DNA of 64,000 bases from Squalus acanthias (GCA_030390025.1 CM059433.1:22942001-23006000); one strand, 5' to 3'; positions 51,533 through 63,630 are shown, counted from the stretch's first letter. The notes: generated from the sequence alone by a model not told the origin. Translations and numbers: made by a program.

Positions 51533-52090
51533 AAGTGAAGAGATACATATAGGCACAGCATATATAGTCAGAGAACACAGCCAGATGATTACAGTTAATC
51601 TTTCTAACTGCCCTTTATCACACCTCGGCAGAGAGATAATCACGGCAATCAAAGGTGTGGATGGTGTCCAAACAGGTCAGTCAGGAAAACATTACATCAA
51701 AGACAATGTGGCAGATGCTGGGGTCTGTATGGAAAACAAAAAACTTTTTTTGCTGGAAATCACAGCAGGTCCGGCCGCATCTGCGTAGAGAGAACAAGCC
51801 AACGACGACTCGAGTCTGGATGACTCTACGTCAGGTGGGGTTACATGTAGCGTCATCCAGACTCGAGTCGTCGTTAGCTTGTTCTCTCTACACAGATGCA
51901 ACCGGACATCTGCCACATTGTCTTTGATGTAATGTTTTCCTGACTGACCTGTTTGGACACCATCCACACCTTTGATTGCCGTGATTATCTCTCTGCCAAG
52001 GTGTGATAAAGGGCAGTTGGAAAGATTAACTGTAATCATCAGGCTGTGTTCTCTGACTATATATGCTGTGCCTATATGCATCTCTTCACT

Positions 52091-52127
52091 TCACCTGACG
52101 AAGGAGCAACGCTCCGAAAGCTTGTGA
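52091..52127 (+). ncRNA. Minimal type I hammerhead ribozyme motif (family A)
   Basis: TCAC-CTGACGA-A-GGAGC-AAC-GCTCC-GAAA-GC-TT-GTGA; palindrome AAGCTT in place of stem III. Confidence 0.78.
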
Positions 52128-52669
52128 TTTCAAATAAAACTGTTGGACTATAACCTGGTGTTGTGCGACTTCTCACATTTGTCCACCCCAGTCCAACACC
52201 GGCATCTCCACATCATGACCTCAGGAGGAGGAAGAGGGAGAGGAGGAGGAGGAGGCAGAGGAGGAGAAGGATGAAGTGGAGGAGGAGCAGCACCAACGTA
52301 GGAGGGAGCCACTCAATGTTGCTTCTGCAAGGGCCATTCGTGATCGCCTCATTACACAGCACTTCCAATAAATGAGATAACACATGGCATTTGCGCAGAA
52401 CAACCACATCATTACAGCTCGCAGCCCCTATCACCGGGCAAAGCTCAAATGAGAAACATCACAAAATGTGCTACGTCGAAATAAACATTTATTATTCTGC
52501 ACAACTCTCTCTTATCAAACACAACCAATAATAAACAAACACAACAATTTATCACCAAACACAACTGGTTCTTAGCAAACGGAACTATTTCTTACCAAAC
52601 TCAACAATATATTTGCAAACACGTCAACTTTTGTACACACACTCCCCCCATTTGCTATTGACATTTTAT

Positions 52670-55600
52670 TTACTGGGCCTTCCTCAATGACTTCCCTCCC
52701 CATTGCAATGCCCCCCTCCCAACCCTACTGCTCTTCCGTAATGTGGCCCCAGTGGCCGCAGCAAGGCTGCTGAGTCTGGGAGCCAGAGACTGCAGATGGC
52801 CTTGCAGGATGCCCTTGGCCACCTCTGGGCCTGGAAGGCCCGGCTGCAAACTGCACCAACTCTGCATGGGCAGCAGCAGTCTGCGATGGTTGGGTTACAG
52901 GCTGCGGCAAGTGCAATGGCGGATTGGCAGTGGTGGGAGCAGGAATGCTGTCATCCTGAGAGAGGACAGCACCTTGCTGCTCGACCGACACATTGCCACA
53001 CCCCTGGGGCAGCACCTCAGCATCCAGAGCAATCTGCTCCAGCACAGATTGCTGGCCTGCTGCGGCACTGTGAGATCCCCGGTGGACTGTGGGCGACCCA
53101 GCAACAATGGCAGCAGTCAGCGCTTGCGTTGCATCAATCTGAGACTGCATGAGAGCAGTCTGAGATTGGATGGCACCAACCAATGACTCGATTCCAGCAC
53201 TAAGACATTGCGTTGCCTCGGCCTGTGCTGCAATAGATGCTGCCACCTCACCCATTACATGTAGCATGAGGTCTGGGTCCCCACGGTCTCTCTGCGAGGC
53301 AACCATCCTCTGCAAACTGTCAAGGATGGGCTCGATGGTTTGCGCACAGATGGCAGCAGTGCTGGTGACAGACTCCTCCACGCTCCTAGCCAGTGCATCC
53401 ATGCTCTCGGGCACCCTTGCCATTGCACCCATGAGCTCAGTATGAATGCTCATCGCCTGTGTGGTCATCGCCTCAACATCGAGGTCCTCATCCGAGTCCT
53501 GTGCAGTAGAACTCGTGCGCGCACTTACACTCTGGGGAGATGGCCCCCGAGATTCCCTTCCCCCGTGGCATTGCTGCAGCCCGCTGGGTCCCGGAGCTTC
53601 ACCCACATCAGAGCCAAATCTCCTACTGCCCTCCAGTGACCGCGTGTCATAGAGTCATAGAGTTATACAGCACAGAAAGAGGCCCTTCAGCCCATCGTGT
53701 CTGCGCCGGCCATCAAGCCCTATCTATTCTAATCCCATTTTCCAGCACTTGGTCCATAGCCTTGCATGCTATGGCGTTTCAACTGCTCATCTAAATGCTT
53801 CTTGAATGTTGTGAGGGTTCCTGCCTCTACCACCCTTTCAGGCAGTGAGTTCCAAATTCCAACCACCCTCTGGGTGTAAAAGTTTTCCCTCAAATCGCCT
53901 CTAAACCTCCAGCCCCTTACCTTGAAACTATGCCCCCTGGTTATTGACCCCTCTACTAAGGGGAAAAGTTACTTTCTATCTACCCTATCTATGCCCCTCA
54001 TAATTTTGTACACTTCAATCAGGTCCCCCCTCAGACTTCTCTGCTCTAAGGAAAACAACCCCAGCCTGTCCAGTCTCTCTTCATAGCGGAAACGCTCCAG
54101 CCCAGGTAACATCCTGGTGAATCTCCTCTGCACCCTCTCCAATGCAATCACATCCTTCCTATAGTGTGGCGACCAGAACTGCACACGTATTCCAGCTGTG
54201 GCCTAACTAGCGTTTTGTACAGCTCCATCATAACCTCCCTGCTCTTATATTCTATGCCTCGGCTAATGAAGGCAAGTATCCCCATATGCCTTCTTAACCA
54301 CCTTATCTACCTGTCCTGCTGCCTTCAGGATCTATGTACATGCACACCAAGGTCCCTCTGATCCTCTGTCCTTCCTAGGGTCCTACCATTCATTGTGTGT
54401 TCCCTTGCCTTGTTAGTCCTCCCAAAATGCATCATCTCACACTTTTCAGGGTTAAATTCCATTTGCCACTGTTCTGCCCATCTGACCAACCCATCTATAT
54501 CGTCCTGTAGCCTGAGGCTTCCCTCCTCACTATTTACCACTCCACCAATTCTCGTGTCATCTGCGAACTTACTGATCATACCTCCTACATTCATATCTAA
54601 ATCATTCATGTACACTACAAACAGCAAAGGACCCAGCACCGATCCCTGCGGTACACCACTGGACACAGGCTTCCAGTCACAAAAACAACCTTCGACCATC
54701 ACCCTCTGCCTCCTGCCACTAAGCCAATTTTGGATCCAATGTGCCAAATTGCCCCAGTATCCGATGTGTCGCCCTCGGGAGACACAGGCAGTGAGGCTCC
54801 GGCTTCATGTTCCTCCTCCTCTCCTGCGTCGCTGCCACTGGGAGGCTGAGGGACAGGCTGGTCAGATGGTGGCTCACTATCTGAAAGCAGGAAGGTACAA
54901 GAGTGGGTTTAACGTGAGGGCAGGGGGGCAGGAAGGGAGCAAGGACTGGAGACAGTATACTTAGATGGAAAGTGGGAAGGGCTTGTGTTGTGAGGAGGAA
55001 GTGGTATGAGAGAAGAGGGAGAGGTAATGAACATACCGTTGTTGTCCCCAAGAGGATCAACCTCTCCAACTGCCACAGCACCCACGACATGACTCGCAAT
55101 GATTCTGTGAAATCTCTCCTCAAGCTGTGTGAGGGAGTGCAGCTCTGCCTGACCTTCTCCCGTGTGTTGCTGCTCCCTCCTGTTATAAGCAAGCTTGGCC
55201 TGCAAGAAAAAGGACAGCGTGTGAGTGAGTGTGCAGCCATGTGTTTGGCAGATATGCCTACCATAGTTGAATAGCTGTTAATGTGTGCAAGGCGTGAGAT
55301 GTGGATGTGACTTTTATTGGATGGGCATAGTTGTTGGGTGAGTGTTGGGGATTTGGCAGTTTCTACCGTCTGTGCACAGAGTGAGGTTGAGATGGTGGGA
55401 TGTCGAGGTTTTTGAAGCATGTACTCACCCTGACCACCCGAGTGAGGTCGTTGAACCTCTTGCAGCACTGGGTGTGAGTCTTTTGGACCACACTTCTGGA
55501 CGAGACGTACTGGGCGACCACCCTCTACATCCTTCTGAACTATGTGCCAATGGCCTCCTGCCAGTGTCTGGGAGCAGCACTGCCCATCGGCGTTCCACAA

Positions 55601-55670
55601 CCGCAACCAGAGCCTCCAATGCCTGGCCGCTGAACCGGCGAGCTCTCTCCCTGGGCCTCTGATCAGCCAT
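52670..55670 (-). pseudogene. Harbinger Myb/SANT-like DNA-binding protein pseudogene, three exons
   Basis: Exons 55670-55429, 55199-55037 and 54880-52670 (the last split by a CR1); GT-AG introns at the same positions as in the copy at 11128. Confidence 0.82.
53648..54753 (-). mobile_element. CR1 LINE 3' portion inserted in Myb exon 3
   Basis: [10 protein letters not shown]...KFADDT; CATAGAGT repeat tail. Confidence 0.92.
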
Positions 55671-58140
55671 GAGATTCCTGGTTGATGGCTTGCAGCTCCT
55701 TGCAGGCCCAGGTCACAAGCAGCAACTGATCAGAGTGAGGCTGTGCAGCATGATTGAACCTCCCCTTTAAGAACTGGAAGGCGCCAGTCTGTCTGAGGAC
55801 TCTCTAATTGACAGCGCCGAAACTTGATTAGCGCTCTGCGGTAGCGCCCCGCTCTCTGATGTTAGTGCCCTAAGAGGAGTGTGTAGTGCTTGATTTAGCG
55901 CTCCACTTCCCTCTTGGGGTGCTAAAACTGAATTTCATGGTCGCTGGTGCCAATTAGTGCCGGGCGCTAAAGTTTGCACCCCAAAATGGTCAATACAGAA
56001 TTTTTCCCCCTATATCTCTTTAAATGCAAATATGCACTTATTTTAATATTAGTCACAGCTTCCTGCAAGGCAGTGGGCAGCAATAAATAATTCCTATTAA
56101 AGAATCAATTGAATTTGCTGCACAAATAAACCTTAAATAGCGTGTAATATATAGACTTTGCATAATGCGCCTTCCAATAATTTTAAGCATATATAATTGA
56201 AATAAATGCTTATCTTGCTGTATTGGTTTCAGGATTAACAACAAAGCCTAACTGCCTTTCCCACAAAAGCTTTCTCTATCAGGCTGTTTTTATACAGGAC
56301 AGCTGTTACTCATACTCTAAGGAACCAGTTTGGATTGGTATCTAACAAGCATCGTTACATTTCTTACCCACTGTCGCTATATCCTACAAATTACTGTGGG
56401 TGTTACTCAGGTTATTTATGGGGTACAGAGAGGTACTATGAGGAATGCAGAGTCCTGGCTCTTTCTTCCATGCTGTGAAATTGCTGTTTGGAGGAGGTGC
56501 CTTCTGGGCATTACAGCTTGTTAGACTGATTCAGCTAATATTGTCAGCATAATTGGCAGTTAAATGCAAAGTGAATTATATTGTAAGACTCCCACATCAC
56601 TCATATGGATTAGAATTTAACTTGGGCCACACAGCGTAAATGGGGTGGTAGTGCCTGAAAATGGCTTCCTGCCCTGTTTTCAACAGCAGTTCCGCCGCCT
56701 CCACTTTCAAGAGGGACTTACTACTGGGCGGCCAACGCGCTCACCTGTTTCAGGTGTTGGGACCTTTTAATATACAAATCAGGCTACGTTAAAGGCGCTA
56801 TATAAATGCAAGTTGTTTTTGTTGACTGCCATTTTAGGACAGAACTGGACGGATCGAGAGGCTTGCTCCTTCTGTCCAGTTGCAGCTGATGGTTCAGCCG
56901 CTGAGGAGCCCAAAGTAAGTTTTTATATATTATTGCGGAGCCAAAGAATCGGGAGTGATCCTCCAGGCTGTACAACAATAACTTAGTTGCGAACTTGGTG
57001 TGAACTGACCCCCTCTGACCTACCTTTTTCTGGACCGGCTTCCAGACTGCTGGATATTGCACCGGCCTGGAGCTGGTGGGCTTCCCCTGGGTATCTGTTT
57101 TCTGTCTGCAGCCCACAACCAGGCCTGGCTCTTTAAATTAAGACCAGGCTTCTGTTGGCACTATTGAGGAGCCTACCAGCACATCTCACCGTCCAGCCAC
57201 CCGATAATGAGCATCTAGCCCATGGTGTGTTACTTAGCTCTCATACGAAACCGGTGTTGCTACAGACTGTTTGCCTGTAATGACAGGGAGCTGCTGCATA
57301 GTTGAGCTGAGGTCTTTATTCAGATGTTTTATGGTTATTGGATTCAGTGCTCCACTCGCATGGCAATTAGCTGGAGAAGAGCAGAAAAGGCCTGCCCATA
57401 AAATCTAATGAGAGATAAGATAGAAAACATTGATCCTGATTTAGGAGGTTGAGGCTAAACAGGAACTTTGCCATTTCCTTCATGAAGACTTCCATACAGG
57501 ATCACCCATGCCTACGGCACTGCTTATGATGGTCAAGGTTTCAACAATCCTCAACTTTATGTTTGAAGTATGAATTTTTTTTTTTAATGTTCAACTAATG
57601 CTTCCAGCACTCATTTTTTTTTTGTTCAAATTTCCAGTAGATGTTGAACGCATTTTTTTCCTAAGATCAGACCATGGTGGCAATGTCTACGTAATGAGAT
57701 AAGCAGCTGAATCATTGTTCAGGGAGAAACTGCCTGTATAGAAACTCTTTCCAAATGTTCTGCAGAATAGAAAAGGTCCTAAAGAAAATCAGATCTTTAA
57801 TGTGTCTCTCACAATATCATCAATTATATCACCTGAGGATGCATCACTGCATTCAACTGGAGGCTACACCAAGTACAATGTCCTTTGGCAAGTCAGCTGT
57901 GGGAATGTTTGGCGCAAAGCTCACAACCATACAAATGTCATACACAGTTAGTATCTTGTAATGCAAAACAACATAGCTATTTAAAGAGAAATACTGGAAT
58001 CATCATTTTTTAAAGATAATAATTTGGGGAAGGCAATAAGTACTCAGTATATTTGTTAGAAACTGTAACTTAAGACAAATGTTGTCTTAGAGGTATTACC
58101 GAAAAAAGGCCAATACTATGAATTCATAATGCATTCATCT

Positions 58141-58940
58141 CAATGTAGAAAGTACAGAGGAGATCTAAAAAAGTGAATAAGAGGGGCAAGGAGAGAGTAT
58201 GAGAATAGATTGGCAGCGAACATAAAAGAGAACCCAAAAGTCTGTTATAAGCACATAAATAGTAAAAGGGTAGTCAAAGAAAGGGTGGGGCCAATTAGGG
58301 ACCAAAAAGATCTTCTTGTAGAGGCAGCGGGCATGGCTGAGGAACTAAATGAGTACTTTGCATCTGTCTTCACTAGAGAAGAGGATGGTGCCAATGTAGC
58401 AGTAAAGGAGGAGACAATAATGATATTGGATAGGATAAAAATAGATAAAGAGGATGCACTTAAAAGGTTGTGGCAGTCTGCAAAGTAGAGAAGTCACCCA
58501 GTCTGCATGGGATGGATCCTAGGTTACTGAGGGAAGTAAGACTGTGGAGCTCCTGATCAGACCCTGGAGCACATCATTGAGCACTGCCCTCAGAGGAAAT
58601 TCGCAGGCGGCCTACAAGATACCCACGTTGTTACACCGGAAGCGTTGGCCTGGATATCTGACTTAGATATTGATATTTGATTTGCTTTGCTACTACCATA
58701 CGAAAGAAGAAGGGTAGAAATTGCAGAGGCTCTTCCGATGTCACAATCTTCCAGTCCTCCTTGGATATGGGGCTGGTGCCAGAGGACTGGAGGATTGCAA
58801 ATGTTACACCCCTGTTTAAAAAACGGGAGAGGGATAAACCCGGCAACTACAGGCCAATTAGCCTAACATCAGTGGTGGGGAAACTTTTAGAGACAATAAT
58901 CTGAGACAAAATGAATTGGCAATTGGAAAAGCATGGGCTA
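58141..58940 (+). mobile_element. CR1 ORF2 internal fragment
   Basis: ENPKVCYKHINSKR...ELNEYFASVFT; PEDWRIANVTPLFKK...NYRPISLTS. Confidence 0.88.
58541..58711 (+). mobile_element. 3' end of a Vingi/Ingi-like (I-group) LINE inserted in the CR1
   Basis: Reads DCGAPDQTLEHIIEHCP...AWISDLDIDI*, a C-terminal zinc-knuckle end, then a short UTR and GAA-repeat tail; CR1 rejoins across it. Confidence 0.6.
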
Positions 58941-59651
58941 TCTGCAAGTCACACCGGCGTATTGGTTCATTTGATGCTTACCGAGTGGCTGAACAGCCTG
59001 ATTACACGTGGGTTTTGATTGGCTCTTTAGTTGACCCCGGTTGTAGCAGTACCAATCCAGCAGGAATTGCACGGTTCAAGAGAATTCCTGTACGTCTGTT
59101 TCAGTGCAAGGAAAGCAATACTTGACACAATTCCCCATCTTCTCAATTTTTGACATATTTGACTTGTTCCGAAATCAAATTTTCAATCTATTTTAGATTA
59201 GCTGAGATAATTGTTGCTGCACTGCAAAATCATGATAGCTCTGATAAAGCAGAACTTAATCCAGGGAGACAAAATGTTGTTGAAAGTGAGTGCACGGACT
59301 ATTAGACTCCACTGTAAGAACAATATTTCCTTGCAGATTTTGTTAAGATCTACTAAAAGCTAGTTGTACCCGAATAAGCTTGAGGCTAGCTACTCCCCCT
59401 CCCCCCTGAAAACAAATGTTGGGGTCAGGAAGTAAAGGGGAGCTCAGCATAACCCCCTCCCTGAAAAAGCTTCTAGCCCTCCTGCCATTTCTTTCCTGTC
59501 CCAATCTACCCCATTCCCTCCTCTCCTGTGCACGCACCCCCTCACTCTCTTCCCTCATTATCCTCTACACCCCTACCCACCTCACCCCATCCTCCACCTC
59601 TTTCTCCTCCACATCTCCCCTCTTTCTCTCTCTCTCTCTCTCTACCTTTTT

Positions 59652-59770
59652 TTAAATTTGTTTTTATGAGATGTGGGCGTTAGGCCAGCATTTATTGCCC
59701 ATCCCTAATTGCCCTTGAGAAGGTGGTGGTGAGCCGCCTTCTTGAACTGCTGCAGTCCATGTGGTACTCC
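59652..59770 (-). mobile_element. CR1-group LINE family B, 3' scrap
   Basis: CAGCATTTATTGCCCATCCCTAATTGCCC. Confidence 0.78.
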
Positions 59771-60631
59771 TTTCCTTTCATCTCATCTCCTCTTCTCTCC
59801 CCCTTCCTTGCCTGGATCCAATTACCTCTACTCCTAGCCTCTAGTCCTGCTTTGATGTAAATAATGCGCTTGGTCTTGACTCCCCATCTGCAACACCACA
59901 GGAGATCGCCCAGTATGAACTTAAACACGAAGGTCTTCCGAAGTCCAGTAAGTGAATATTATTGTACAATTCATGAAATGGCAACATATTGCAGATTGCA
60001 CATTGCATTCAGATTCAAAACGTACTATTCTCTTTGCAGGGGAAGCTGACATCCAAGAGCCTTGACCGGCTGCGCACTGACGATGGTGCTCTGAAAATCA
60101 GAATGCTTACTTCCTTTGCGAAAGCAGTGGAGGACATTATTGACAGGGAGTCTTCAGAGGGCATGGGGGAATGAGGAAGATACACACGCCAAGCCAGAAA
60201 ACTCACCAAAAGCTGACAAACAGCTGTCAATTGAAATAACAAAAATAGCTCTTAATATTGGGCTATGAGCAAGGCCAGTGCTTGATGGTGGCACTGTATG
60301 TTAGCTTTTCTTTTATTACAAGATTCCTGCCAGTGTTTCAGGGTCACATTTCAGAATTCAGTCCCTTATTCTGTGGAAACCTATACCTAAAGGCCCTGTC
60401 TGTGATGTGCTGAGAGCGCAGTGGAATTTCCTTCCTTTCAGCTTAACCTTCCTCTGCTCTAATTGAGTTCTCCATCGGCGCCACAAAAATAAAAGTGACT
60501 CAACTGCCCCAACAACCAGAGCATATAAAATAAGAAACAATGCAACATTTCAAATGAAGTTTCCCTTGTCACAATAGCGGAGCAACAGGTTTTCATTTCA
60601 GTATGTGTCCTGTGCCATCAAGGCACTCTGA

Positions 60632-61284
60632 TAGCACCTCCCAAACCCGCGATTTTCTCCGACAGCACCTCCCAAACCCGCAACCTCTACCATCTAGAAG
60701 GACAAGGGCAGCAGGTGCATGGGAACACCACCACCTCCAAGTCACACACTATCCTGACTTGGAAATCACAGAATCACACAATCCCCACAATGCAGATAGA
60801 GGCCATTTCAGCCCATCGAGCCTGCACCGACACATATCCCACCCTATCCCCGCATATTTAATCCCCCTAACACTAAGGGTCAATTTATCATAGCCAAATC
60901 AACCTAACCCGCACATCTTTGACTGTAGGAGGAAACCGGAGCACCCGGAGGAAACCCACGCAGACATGGGGAGAATGTGCAAACTCCACACAGACAGTCA
61001 TCCGAGGCAGATTCGAACCCGGGTCCCTGGCGCTGTGAGGCAACAGTGCTAACCACTATGCCACCGTGTTGCCCTTTATGCCATATATCACCATTCCTTC
61101 ATAGTCGCTGGGTCAAAATCCTGGAACTCCCTCCCTAACAGCACTGTGGGAGTACCTTCACCACACTGACTGCAGCTGTTCAACAAGGCGGCTCACCACC
61201 ACCTTCTCAAGGGCAATTAGGGATGGGCAATAAATGCTGGCCTTGTGAGTGATGCTCACAGCCTGTGAACGAATAAAAAAAAAA
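60632..61284 (+). mobile_element. CR1-group LINE family B 3' end, interrupted by a V-SINE
   Basis: LRQHLPNP...WEHHHLQV, resuming at ~61084. Confidence 0.82.
60764..61074 (-). mobile_element. HE1-like V-SINE
   Basis: Close homologue of 9119-9423. Confidence 0.88.
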
Positions 61285-61754
61285 GTGGTTCCGCAGAAGT
61301 GACAGGAAACACCCCAAAATATTCACATCCACAGCAAGGACAGTGTGGGACACTCCTGGCATGGATACAGTGCCTATTGGGTCACTAGCACATGGCGTTG
61401 GCAAGCCATCAGAATCCCATGAGGCTTTCAAGAAGGCTTTACAGCCAACTACCATATCTACTCCTTACATTAGGGAATTACTTCAGTGTAATGCAGATCA
61501 CTTTAGTACACAAAGCACAATGCAGAAAAGCAGAGTGGATTATCATGTTGAACACATTCAGTGCATATAATATTACACAAATAAAACAATGCACTTCATT
61601 TACAGATTGCAATCAGTCCTTTTCATTTGTTCATCATGTTGGCAGGACTAAAAACTGTGTTTGATCACTGCCACACATTCCAGAGAAAGAAAGAGCAATC
61701 ACCATATATATATTAATTAAGTGCATAATCGGATTAAACCAGCTTTCAGACACA

Positions 61755-62219
61755 GAAAGGAAAAAAGATTTGCATTCATATAGCGCCTTTCATGACCTCA
61801 GGACATCCCAAATTGCATTGTAGTCAATTAAATACTTTTTGAAGTGTAGTTACTGTTGTAATGTAGGAAACGCAGCAGTCAATTTACGCACAGCAAGCTC
61901 CCACAAACACCAATGTGATAAGGACCAGATAATCTGTTTTTTAGTGATGTTGGTTGAGGGATAAATATTAGCCAGGACACTGGGAGAACTCCCCTGCTCT
62001 TCTTTGAACAGCACCATGGGATCTTTTACGTCCACTTAAGAAGGCAGACGAGGCCTCGGTTTAACGTCTCACCCAAAAGACATCACCTCCAACAGTTCAG
62101 CACTCCCTCAGTACGGCACCAGAGTGTCAACCTAGATTTTGTGCTCAAGTGTCTGGAGTGGGATTCTGAACCCAGTTCCTCTGACTTAGAGGTGAGAGTG
62201 GTACCCCTGAGCCACGGCT
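61755..62219 (-). mobile_element. DeuSINE-family SINE, full length
   Basis: tRNA-like head, Deu-like core and L2-like tail. Confidence 0.83.
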
Positions 62220-62673
62220 AGAATGTTTACAATACCTTAATTCAATCACAGCACATACAAATGACAGAACAAAATCAGTAGCATGCAGCTTACATCATAA
62301 ATTTTGGAATCCTTCTCTTGACCATCTTCTAAGCATTCCAAACATCTGTTTGATCACCCAAAACATCTGTTGTATGAGCATCTTGGTTCTCCCATGTGCC
62401 TCATTTTAGTTGTGCTCTGCTGTAATATAGAGTTTGCATCAAGGTGTCATCAGCTACGATTTCAGCAAATAACCAATATCTTTTCCATCTGAAGAATTGG
62501 GGCATACGTGATTGTATGTGAATGGAGGTATTGTGAACATTCCCTGGAAAGTGTACCTTTACGTGCGCGACTTCCTGGTAAAGGTCAGACACGATTTATA
62601 TGCTCTGCCTATTGAGGTATCAGAAGGCAATGTTCAAAAGTGTGCATATTGTCATTTGTATCCATGATGTGTG

Positions 62674-62780
62674 TCAGCCGTGGCTCAGTGGGTAGCACAC
62701 GCGCCTCTGAATCAGAAGTTTGTGGGTTCACATCCCACTCCAGAGACTTGAGCATAAAAATCTGGGCTGACACTCCAGTG
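62674..62780 (+). mobile_element. DeuSINE 5' head fragment
   Basis: TCAGCCGTGGCTCAGTGGGTAGCAC...GGGTTCACATCCCACTCCAGAGACTTGAGC. Confidence 0.75.
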
Positions 62781-63270
62781 AGAGAGCTTGCTCCAAGGAG
62801 GTGACAGTGGATAGAGTTTACTCCAAACACTTCCAAACTGCATACAGCTCAAAAGTGTCTTCCAAGACCTGAAGGCTCAAGCTTCTGACATTGGAAAGTG
62901 AACAGCTGTGAAATGGTAACTTTCAGACCACTTTTACAGCTGTCACCTATTCACAGCAATGGGGAGACATAGAGAACCCGACACTTACCTGACAAGATCC
63001 CTGAGCAACGGAAACGTTGTAAAAAAAGTGGTAAAATGGAAATAGGCTGGCAAAATTGTAGTTAACAAGCATTTAACAAGCACTTAACTATCTTAAATGC
63101 CTCCCCTGCCACTTAGTATCGAGTCTGTTCTGAAATCGCAGACCCGACACTTTGGAAACTTACATGGAGGCGGGTTCAGAGCGGGCTCCCAGCCCGCTGT
63201 CAATCATTTCGATTTTGACAGCAGACCCGCCTCCAATCCCGCACTTCGAACGCCGGCAAAATTCAGCCCA

Positions 63271-63450
63271 GAATATCTGGTCAGTATCACATTGCTGTTT
63301 GTGGGACCTTGCTGTGCGCAAATTGGCTGCCGCATTTCCTACATTACAACAGTGACTACACTTCAAAAAGTGCTTCATTGGCTGTAAAGCGCTTTGGGAC
63401 GTCCAGTGGTCGTGAAAGACGCGATAGAAATGCAAGTCTTTCTTTCTTTA
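63271..63450 (+). mobile_element. DeuSINE 3' fragment
   Basis: GTGGGACCTTGCTGTGCGCAAATTGGCTGCC...AAATGCAAGTCTTTCTTTC. Confidence 0.78.
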
Positions 63451-63454
63451 ATGA

Positions 63455-63630
63455 TGATGCGGAGATGCCGGGGTGTTGGACTGGGGTGGACAAATGTGAT
63501 AGGTCGCACAACACCAGGTTATAGTCCAACAGCTTTATTTGAAATCACAAGCTTTCGGAGCGCTGCTCCTTCGTGTGATTTCAAATAAAGCTGTTGGACT
63601 ATAACCTGGTGTTGTGCGACCTATCACATT
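63455..63630. mobile_element. Short Penelope-derived fold-back insertion (hammerhead family A)
   Basis: 12-bp TSD TTTCTTTAATGA (63443-63454, 63631-63642); tail at 63455-63490; ~57-bp perfect arms around a 5'-clipped hammerhead. Confidence 0.85.

Larger units (their letters stand above)
51441..52217. mobile_element. Penelope-derived ~740-bp fold-back insertion
   Basis: Self-complementary over 51442-52181; 36-nt tail at 52182-52217; 11-bp TSD ACCTCAGGAGG (51430-51440, 52218-52228). Confidence 0.88.
50412..52371 (+). pseudogene. Harbinger (HARBI1-like) DDE transposase pseudogene
   Basis: VQGAIDCTHV, FRNHKGYHSLNVQLVC, RYPGSSHDAFIL, LKQRFRCLDRSG; in-frame stops; GDKGY changed to GGKGY and IEQ to IK*; insertion at 51441-52217. 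Confidence 0.9.
49968..56010. mobile_element. Structurally complete PIF/Harbinger transposon (inactivated) with two nested retroelement insertions
   Basis: TIRs GGGGGAGAAATTC / GAATTTTTCCCCC; flanks TAG/TAT; convergent transposase (+) and Myb/SANT (-) genes. Confidence 0.88.

Noticed and set aside
51420..52081. ORFs of 122 and 129 aa with near-identical peptides on opposite strands
   Set aside because: A by-product of the palindrome, not genes.
52221..52290. GAG-rich microsatellite
   Set aside because: It encodes the acidic tail of the Harbinger transposase.
56608..57146. Possible MITE with GG...AATTTAA ends
   Set aside because: Too degenerate to support boundaries or a family.
60040..60174. 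Possible terminal coding exon after TTCTCTTTGCAG (GKLTSKSLDRLRTDDG...)
   Set aside because: Plausible acceptor, but no recognisable protein similarity and no partner exons; it would need RNA-seq or homology support.
62401..62592. Minus-strand ORF with a possible splice acceptor
   Set aside because: No recognisable domain; length is compatible with chance.
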